Shown here: piece after piece, positions 46,445 to 52,199 of the stretch
Layout of the letters: the number at the start of each line of letters is the position of its first letter
Position numbering within the stretch: the first letter of the stretch is position 1
Virus record (IMG/VR): IMGVR_UViG_3300046791_000495
Span: 1-52,199 of that record
Length of the DNA: 52,199 nt
Direction: 5' to 3' (one strand)
Source of the DNA: a virus
Lineage: Duplodnaviria; Caudoviricetes
Made by a program: the position numbers and the translations under genes
The notes under the pieces: model-generated
What the model was told of the DNA's origin: nothing
What the model saw: the letters and a program-made list of their open reading frames with translations, nothing else
The model's database searches: none

Positions 46445-46680
46445 TCGTGCTCTCGCGCAGGCCGAAGCTGTCGCTTGAGGACAAGACGGCGGTCTTGCTG
46501 CACGCAGTGCTCTACGAGGAATTCATGGGCGGCCGCACGCTGGCCGACGTCATCACGGATCTCGGGCAGCAGATCCACAATCAGGCCAGCGACGACTCGC
46601 TCGTCGAGTGCGGCGATTGCGGCTGCAAGCACCCCTCCTGGAGCACCGCCGATTGCCGCGACGATCGGTTCAGATTTTGA
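46441..46680 (+). CDS. Hypothetical protein with Cys/His motif
   Basis: GTGA overlap; ECGDCGCKHP...DCRDD. Confidence 0.6.
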   Translation: MIVLSRRPKLSLEDKTAVLLHAVLYEEFMGGRTLADVITDLGQQIHNQASDDSLVECGDCGCKHPSWSTADCRDDRFRF

Positions 46681-46682
46681 CC

Positions 46683-47147
46683 GTGAACGCACTCAAGCAG
46701 TTGAGTGTCGAGTGCGATTGCGAGCACTGCCAGAAGCTGTGCTCGACCGAATACTCGATCCCCGGGGTCCCAACGCTACGGGAGGCCGTGGCGTTGATTG
46801 CCGGAGGGCATGCGCGACGATTGGCCACCGACTACTGGTCGCTGAGCGACAGGTCGGTCTGGTACTTGCGGCCGTCGGTCGTTCTAGCGCCGCGCAGGCA
46901 ACTGGACTACTACCGCCAAACGGGGCCGTGCACGTTCTGGGACAAGCGGCGCCACTGCACGATCCATGGCACGCCGATGAAACCACTGGAATGCCGCCTC
47001 GCAGGCTGCGGCGGAAAGTTCAGGGACTCTGGGGTCGTCGAGGGATTCGAGTTCTACAAGTGGAAACAGACGTCGATCATCCGGAGCTGGGACTCCAACA
47101 AGGGGAGGCGACTGGTGAAGATCTGGGAAAGCTGGTACGACCGATGA
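46683..47147 (+). CDS. YkgJ-like cysteine-cluster protein
   Basis: CDCEHCQKLC...PCTFW...CTIHG...KPLECR pattern. Confidence 0.65.
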   Translation: MNALKQLSVECDCEHCQKLCSTEYSIPGVPTLREAVALIAGGHARRLATDYWSLSDRSVWYLRPSVVLAPRRQLDYYRQTGPCTFWDKRRHCTIHGTPMKPLECRLAGCGGKFRDSGVVEGFEFYKWKQTSIIRSWDSNKGRRLVKIWESWYDR

Positions 47148-47377
47148 GCGAGCCGACCAAGTCGCCGGCCGACGATCACGTCAGGAGAGTCAAGGCGCGC
47201 GAGCAGCGCTACAGGAATGCAGCGAAGAGGCTGCACCACGAGGGAGGAGTGCTCGAGGTGGACAGCAGCGCCAAGGTGAGCGTTGCGTTCGGGCTGCACT
47301 TCGTTCCACTCGGCGCCTACGTCCAGTGCTGGGTGTGGGTCGATCGCGAGGAAATCCAGCGCGAGGACCTTGGATGA
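47144..47377 (+). CDS. Hypothetical protein
   Basis: ATGA overlap; LEVD..AKVS...GAYVQCWVWV. Confidence 0.6.
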   Translation: MSEPTKSPADDHVRRVKAREQRYRNAAKRLHHEGGVLEVDSSAKVSVAFGLHFVPLGAYVQCWVWVDREEIQREDLG

Positions 47378-47628
47378 GAATGGACCCGACGTCGACACAC
47401 AAGTTCTACTTCGCGCAGACCACACGCGCGCAGCGGCGGCAGATCTCGTCGCTGTGCGACGAAGCAAGGGCGGCCGGCCAGTATGGGGCCATCGTCGTTC
47501 TCAACAGGGAGACGGGAGTACTGTCGGCTTTCTGGGCCGACACTCGTCGCTGCCTCACGGAGTCGAAGCTCGAGCTGTGCCGGTACCAGACCCTCAGGAT
47601 CATCCATTCGGAGGTGTTCAGCCGATGA
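47374..47628 (+). CDS. Hypothetical protein
   Basis: ATGA overlap, GAGG RBS. Confidence 0.5.
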   Translation: MRMDPTSTHKFYFAQTTRAQRRQISSLCDEARAAGQYGAIVVLNRETGVLSAFWADTRRCLTESKLELCRYQTLRIIHSEVFSR

Positions 47629-47801
47629 ACAAGCAGAAGATCGCCAAGGCGTGGTCGACCGTCGGCAACCAGCCGCGGTGGGCCATCAAGCACATGGTGA
47701 GAGCACTGAGCATCCTCAACTACCTCAACACCCCCGAGGACCAGCGGCGCCTCGAGGCCGGCAAGATCTGCCTCAAGCACCCCAACCCTCGCTACAACTA
47801 G
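47625..47801 (+). CDS. Hypothetical protein (58 aa)
   Basis: ATGA overlap, GGAGG RBS. Confidence 0.6.
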   Translation: MNKQKIAKAWSTVGNQPRWAIKHMVRALSILNYLNTPEDQRRLEAGKICLKHPNPRYN

Positions 47802-47881
47802 GCGTCTCGAGATTGAGCCTACGGGCCACAACTGTGGCCCGTGCGTTGAGTCGAACGACGACTCGGAAAGGAGCACAGCCC

Positions 47882-48076
47882 ATGGAGGGCTACTACAAGA
47901 CCAAGAAGCAGCTGAAGGAGTCGGTCGGCAAGGGGCTCAAGGTGCACGAGACTTCGATGCACGGGCTCGAGTACAAGAGCGACGGCTGGCTGACGATCGA
48001 GGGGCCAGCGCACTCGATGCACACCTGGTACGCGCAGGTGCTGATGAAGGACGACCTGATCGTGAGGGTGAAGTGA
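47882..48076 (+). CDS. Hypothetical protein (64 aa)
   Basis: AAGGAG RBS; YKTKKQLKESVG...ETSMHGLEY...WYAQV. Confidence 0.7.
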   Translation: MEGYYKTKKQLKESVGKGLKVHETSMHGLEYKSDGWLTIEGPAHSMHTWYAQVLMKDDLIVRVK

Positions 48077-48360
48077 CCGACGAGCGGCACCCGATCGCAC
48101 CGACGGAGATCCTCAACGGATCGGGAGTGCTCAACGTCGAGCGCGACTGGCGGACGGCTTCCGATTGCCTGCTGGCCTTCGAGGGCACATTCAGATCGAC
48201 GACTCCGCACCCGCGCGACTACCAGAATGAGAAGGAGTACCGCGACGCCCGCGCAGTATGGTGCGCAGCCGGCGAGGAGCTCGAGAAGTTCAGGGCGCGC
48301 TTCGACGATCTGTCGGGGGCGATCTCGATGTGGGTCGTCCAGAACTGGGAGAGGCGCTGA
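48073..48360 (+). CDS. Hypothetical protein
   Basis: GTGA overlap; LNGSG...PHPRDYQ. Confidence 0.65.
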   Translation: MTDERHPIAPTEILNGSGVLNVERDWRTASDCLLAFEGTFRSTTPHPRDYQNEKEYRDARAVWCAAGEELEKFRARFDDLSGAISMWVVQNWERR

Positions 48361-48794
48361 TGGCCAACTGGATCGGAGCGTTCCGATCGAACTACTTCCG
48401 CGTCAAGGACGAGAAGGAGTTCGACAAGCTCCTCGCGTTCGTCCAGGCGGAAGACTTCCAGCACTGGACGCAGTACGACCCGGCGGACAACAGCAAGATC
48501 CTCCATGCCATCGGTGGCTACGACTCGGTCCCCACGTGGCTCTACGACAACGAGACCGACGAGGAGATCCCCGACAAGGACTTCCTCATCGAACTGGGGC
48601 AGCACCTCGCCGACGACGAAGTGGCGATCATCATGGAGGCGGGCTACGAGAAGCTCCGCTACTGCAGCGGCAGCGCGATCGCGGTGTCGCGCGACGACAC
48701 GGGGGAGACGAAGCTGCTGAGCGTCAACCTCGAGGACATCTACAAGATGGTGAAGGACGAGTGGGAGCTCAAGCCAACGGAGGCGCAGTACTGA
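48360..48794 (+). CDS. Acidic hypothetical protein
   Basis: TGATG coupling; MANW...RSNYFRVKD...MEAGYEKLRY. Confidence 0.75.
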   Translation: MANWIGAFRSNYFRVKDEKEFDKLLAFVQAEDFQHWTQYDPADNSKILHAIGGYDSVPTWLYDNETDEEIPDKDFLIELGQHLADDEVAIIMEAGYEKLRYCSGSAIAVSRDDTGETKLLSVNLEDIYKMVKDEWELKPTEAQY

Positions 48795-49201
48795 TGAAGC
48801 TGCTTACCGCGACGAGCGTGACGAGTCTCATGCTGCAAGCGCTGTACACCGGTGCCGAGATCGGCGATCACGACCATCACCCGCCGAGCGGCGCGGTGAT
48901 GGTCTCGGGTGTGGTCAGGAATTTCGGCTTCCACCCGGAGCGACTCAAGGCGCTCGAGCCGGAAGTAAAGAGCCTGATCCAACAACTGTCGCCGAAGTTT
49001 CTGAAGTCCGGCGGTGGCGGGGCTTCGTTCCTGGAACTGCCGTTCGACGCCAATGGCGAGCAGTGGGGCGAGCAGATGAACGCGGAGGATCTCTTGGCGC
49101 TCGCTGTTGGCCTAGGGCTGGCATCGATGCAGGTGGCTAGGGTGCTCTGGCCATGCCTACCAGGGGGAGTGCCGTACGTTTGCTTCAACGACACGATCTG
49201 A
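48794..49201 (+). CDS. Hypothetical protein
   Basis: TGATG coupling; FGFHPERL...GGGASFL...GEQWGE...LPGGVPY. Confidence 0.7.
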   Translation: MKLLTATSVTSLMLQALYTGAEIGDHDHHPPSGAVMVSGVVRNFGFHPERLKALEPEVKSLIQQLSPKFLKSGGGGASFLELPFDANGEQWGEQMNAEDLLALAVGLGLASMQVARVLWPCLPGGVPYVCFNDTI

Positions 49202-49204
49202 CCT

Positions 49205-49267
49205 CTAGCGAAAGGCCCCGCAAGGGGTCTTGTCGGCGCGTGGCGGCGCCGGCCTGACGAGCAGCCA
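49205..49267 (+). ncRNA. Type II hammerhead ribozyme
   Basis: GC-GAAA, stem III GGCCCC/GGGGUC with GCAA loop, UU, stem I GUCGGCGC/GCGCCGGC, CUGACGA, GC; loop I UGGC can pair with 3' GCCA. Confidence 0.85.
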
Positions 49268-49280
49268 AAGGAGGTTGCAG

Positions 49281-49568
49281 ATGCGGATGCAGGAGAAGAT
49301 CCTCGGAAAGATCGAGGAGATCGCGGTGAGTGCCGGCCACGAGCTGGTCATCAACTTCGACTACGGCAACACCGGCGTCGCGTACGTCCACAGGAAGGAT
49401 TCGTTCGACGTCGTCGTGGGGCTCAACTTCCATTTCCAGCCCCAGTACGCTTCGATCAAGGAGCGGGTCGGCAGCATCGGGCACACCGGCAGGGATTTCA
49501 GCATGACGTACGACAAGCCATCGACGATCAATGCGTTCTTCGTGTGGTTCCGTGGGATGGTCGCGTGA
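49281..49568 (+). CDS. Hypothetical protein downstream of the ribozyme
   Basis: AAGGAGG RBS at 49268-49274, ATG 49281. Confidence 0.7.
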   Translation: MRMQEKILGKIEEIAVSAGHELVINFDYGNTGVAYVHRKDSFDVVVGLNFHFQPQYASIKERVGSIGHTGRDFSMTYDKPSTINAFFVWFRGMVA

Positions 49569-49762
49569 ATCACAAGAGCTGCGGCGGTCCGGTCAACGTC
49601 GTCGAACGGTGCTACCGAGCGAGTCGGTTGATCAGGATTGACGAAGACGGCAGCTATGAGTACGACGACGAGACCGGCCAGACGTTCGACGTCGACGAGA
49701 CGTGGCTGGCCTGCTCGGCGTGCGACAAGCAACTGAGCGACGACGAAGTCGAGGCCGACTGA
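49565..49762 (+). CDS. Small acidic zinc-ribbon protein
   Basis: GTGA overlap; HKSCG...CSAC. Confidence 0.55.
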   Translation: MNHKSCGGPVNVVERCYRASRLIRIDEDGSYEYDDETGQTFDVDETWLACSACDKQLSDDEVEAD

Positions 49763-50028
49763 TGGCGCTCCCCGAGGACCGCTACTACGTCCACGACCTC
49801 GGCCCGCTGCTGGAGCCGCGATGGCTCGGCGACTGCGAGGTCATCGAACGCTGGGAGGTTCGAGACAGGATCGGTCACCTCTCGCTCTACTTTACCAAGA
49901 GGAGCGAGGCGCGCAGGGAGTGCATGCGCCTCAACGTCAACTGGATCGCCGACGTTCTGCGGCTCGCCAAGAAGGTCGGCAACGACGACACCGACAGGGC
50001 GCTGTTCGGCGCCAAGGAGGGGCGATGA
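49762..50028 (+). CDS. Hypothetical protein
   Basis: TGATG coupling. Confidence 0.55.
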   Translation: MALPEDRYYVHDLGPLLEPRWLGDCEVIERWEVRDRIGHLSLYFTKRSEARRECMRLNVNWIADVLRLAKKVGNDDTDRALFGAKEGR

Positions 50029-50369
50029 AGCTCCTGACGAAGGAGATCGAAGAGAAGCTGCGCGCCAACGCGCGCAATCCGCAGTGCGGCGGCGAGGGCT
50101 GGGATCCGAAGCCGGTGGTGAAGTTCTTCAACCCCACAGGGAGCGGGACCTGGCTCATCACCGAGCTGCACGACGATGGCGCGATGTACGGGCTGTGCGA
50201 CGTCGGACAGGGAGAGGTCGAGCGCGGCTACGTCTCACTCGCGGAGCTCGCTGAGTTCAGGGACCGCCGCTTCGGCCTGGGGATCGAGCGCGACCTGTGG
50301 TTCGCCCCGAAGATGACGATCAGTCAGTACGAAGAGGTGGCGCAGCGAGAGAGGAGGATCGTCGCATGA
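50025..50369 (+). CDS. DUF2958 family protein
   Basis: LLT...LRAN...PVVKFFNP.G.GTWLITE...YGLCD.G.G..E.GYVSLAEL...GLGIERDLWF. Confidence 0.85.
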   Translation: MKLLTKEIEEKLRANARNPQCGGEGWDPKPVVKFFNPTGSGTWLITELHDDGAMYGLCDVGQGEVERGYVSLAELAEFRDRRFGLGIERDLWFAPKMTISQYEEVAQRERRIVA

Positions 50370-50689
50370 GTCTCGACGTCTGGCTCAAGATCCAGCCAGT
50401 AGCTGCGGAGGAGGTCTTTAGCGCCAACATCACGCACAACCTCGCCGAAATGGCCAAGGAGGCCGGCGTCTACTGGCCGGTCTGGCACGCGAAGGCGGGC
50501 ACTAGGGCGTGGGAACTGATCCAACCGCTGGAAGGCGCCATTGCGAGGATCGGCAGGGACCAGGAGAGGTTCGCAAAGTACAACGCCACGAACGGGTGGG
50601 GGAAGGTCGAGGATCTGGTTTTTTTCCTCACCAACTACCTCGAGGCGTGCAAGAAGTGGCCGCACGCCGAAGTGGGTGTCTCGCGGTGA
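50366..50689 (+). CDS. Conserved-type phage hypothetical protein
   Basis: MSLDV...ANITHNLAEMAKEAG...NGWG...YLEAC pattern; GAGGAGG RBS. Confidence 0.75.
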   Translation: MSLDVWLKIQPVAAEEVFSANITHNLAEMAKEAGVYWPVWHAKAGTRAWELIQPLEGAIARIGRDQERFAKYNATNGWGKVEDLVFFLTNYLEACKKWPHAEVGVSR

Positions 50690-50901
50690 GGGCTCAGCAC
50701 GTCAGCTGCGGCAGCAAGGTCATCATGGTCCGCACGACGGTGGAGAACTTCGTGATCGTCGGGACCGGCGACGATGGGTTCTGGAAGTTGGACGACAAGA
50801 AGCCGTTCGCCTGCGACATCGAGGAGCGCGCGTGGTGCATGGAGTGCGAACAGCCGATCGACGACCACGAGATCGAAGTGGTGGAGGGCAACGGGGCATG
50901 A
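50686..50901 (+). CDS. Small zinc-ribbon protein
   Basis: GTGA overlap; HVSCGS...WCMEC. Confidence 0.55.
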   Translation: MRAQHVSCGSKVIMVRTTVENFVIVGTGDDGFWKLDDKKPFACDIEERAWCMECEQPIDDHEIEVVEGNGA

Positions 50902-51299
50902 CGAATCCAGCGGTCGTGTGCGGCAACTGCGACTGGGAGGGCAAGGAGACGCAGCTCGGACGAACCCTCACGGAGGTTCATCACCTCTGGGAGCGACTCA
51001 ATCCTGGCAGCGAGGTGCCGGCAGGCGAGTGCGCGCGGTGCGGGTGCTTCGCCTACCTCAAGGAGCCGGCGCCTGGAACCCCAAGAGAGAAGCTGGAGCA
51101 GTTGCGGTCGACGCGCTTCGCCGTCTTCTACGGCAGCAACTACTACCCGCTCGGCGGTGCCGGCGACTTTAAGGCGTCGTTCGCCAGCAGCGAGCTCGCG
51201 CAGGCGTTCGCCGAGGGGTGCATGTTGGGCGGCGGCTGCGACTGGTGGCAGGTGGTCGATCTCGAGACGATGACGATCATCGTGCAGCACGAAGGGTAG
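50898..51299 (+). CDS. Hypothetical protein with N-terminal zinc ribbon
   Basis: CGNCDWEG...PAGECARCG; C-terminal YYPLGG..DF...DWWQVVD. Confidence 0.7.
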   Translation: MTNPAVVCGNCDWEGKETQLGRTLTEVHHLWERLNPGSEVPAGECARCGCFAYLKEPAPGTPREKLEQLRSTRFAVFYGSNYYPLGGAGDFKASFASSELAQAFAEGCMLGGGCDWWQVVDLETMTIIVQHEG

Positions 51300-51382
51300 C
51301 CAGCTGGGCGCTGGCCCGTCCGCATCGGCAGCCGCTGATGCGACACGGCGAGCGCCAATCTCGGCGCCAAAGAGAGGTGAAG

Positions 51383-51679
51383 ATGCCGAACGAATTCGCA
51401 GGACACACGCCGGGACCGTGGACGATGCAGAGAGGAATCGTCGATCTGCACGTCTACTGCGGGCTGGATACGACGCTCGACGTTCGCGGCATGAACGATC
51501 AGCAGTGGGAGTTCAGTCCCAAGACACTAGTCAACACCGAACTTGCTGCCGCCGCTCCTCGTCTCCTCCGCGAGCGCGACGAGCTGCGCGAGGCGCTGGA
51601 GGAAGTTGTTTCTGGAGACGGGACCACGACGGAGCAACTTGCGAGATTCCGCGCCCTCCTCGCCCGCGTGAAGCCATGA
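51383..51679 (+). CDS. Hypothetical protein (HTPGPW...AAAPxLL type)
   Basis: GAGG RBS; motif common in small phage early proteins. Confidence 0.7.
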   Translation: MPNEFAGHTPGPWTMQRGIVDLHVYCGLDTTLDVRGMNDQQWEFSPKTLVNTELAAAAPRLLRERDELREALEEVVSGDGTTTEQLARFRALLARVKP

Positions 51680-51903
51680 GCAAGAACGAGACTGAGATCA
51701 AGGCGACGATCCTTCGCGCCCTGAGCGACCACAAGGGCGACGATCTTTATCGGGCCAAGCAGGCCTTCCTGTACTGCACTCGGAAGCAGATGGGTGAGCA
51801 GTACGGCGAGAGCGGCAAGACACGGCAACAGATCGTCGATGAGTACGCCGAGCATGTGGAGCGCGTGCGCCGGGCCGAGGACTGGGTGAGGTCGCAGCTG
51901 TGA
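51676..51903 (+). CDS. Hypothetical protein
   Basis: ATGA overlap; GDDLYRAKQAF...QYGESGKTRQQI. Confidence 0.65.
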   Translation: MSKNETEIKATILRALSDHKGDDLYRAKQAFLYCTRKQMGEQYGESGKTRQQIVDEYAEHVERVRRAEDWVRSQL

Positions 51904-52112
51904 GCGGCGAGACCCACAGGCACCTGCGGCACGTCGTGCGCGGGATGCCGATCGCCAAGAGGGTCAAGATCGAGATCGCGCTGCGCCAATTGCATGTCGA
52001 GATCCTTGAGGCGGCCATCAACCAGGGCAACGAGTCGTTCAAGGCGGGGCTGAAGGCGGAGGCCAACAGGATCAGCGTTCTGTTCGGGATTATGCGGGAC
52101 CCGGACGAATAG
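51900..52112 (+). CDS. Hypothetical protein
   Basis: GTGA overlap with GAGG RBS. Confidence 0.55.
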   Translation: MSGETHRHLRHVVRGMPIAKRVKIEIALRQLHVEILEAAINQGNESFKAGLKAEANRISVLFGIMRDPDE

Positions 52113-52167
52113 AAGGGCTCCCGCCCCAGCGACCTCTTGACAGAGGCGTGGGGCGGGAGTAACTTCT
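52111..52167 (+). other. Long intergenic hairpin (processing site or terminator)
   Basis: GCTCCCGCCCCA (52117-52128) / TGGGGCGGGAGT (52149-52160) with inner CCTCT/AGAGG; no strong U-tract. Confidence 0.55.
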
Positions 52168-52199
52168 CGGCTGTCTAGGTCGAGGGCAGCAAGGGTAGC

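Noticed and set aside
1-52199. Integrase, att sites, tRNA genes, replication genes
   Set aside because: None recognisable, so lifestyle and host cannot be assigned from this window.

Overview
The whole window is a high-GC tailed (siphovirus-like) phage or prophage segment; I see no host housekeeping genes, integrase, tRNA, CRISPR array or reverse transcriptase. From ~38.3 kb down to ~2.1 kb the minus strand carries one tightly coupled late operon: an orphan queD-like gene, small and large terminase, portal, minor head, scaffold, major capsid, a capsule-synthesis-type glycosyltransferase, head-tail joining genes, tail tube, a -1 frameshifted tail assembly chaperone pair, tape measure, tail tip, glycine-rich fibre proteins and a lysis cassette with a lambda R-type endolysin. 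A TylF-like O-methyltransferase sits on the opposite strand between terminase and portal. The left end holds a Cas4-like PD-(D/E)XK nuclease and an RHH-like regulator. From 38.3 kb to the right end the plus strand carries ~45 small accessory/early genes, interrupted by a CTAG-rich non-coding stretch (42.2-43.0 kb) that may be a genome end or origin. The strongest unannotated element is a complete type II hammerhead ribozyme fold at 49205-49267, just ahead of a ribosome-binding site, one of several structured intergenic elements in the early region. Family assignments come from motif recognition by eye, not database searches; many start codons were moved from the ORF track using RBS and stop/start overlaps.
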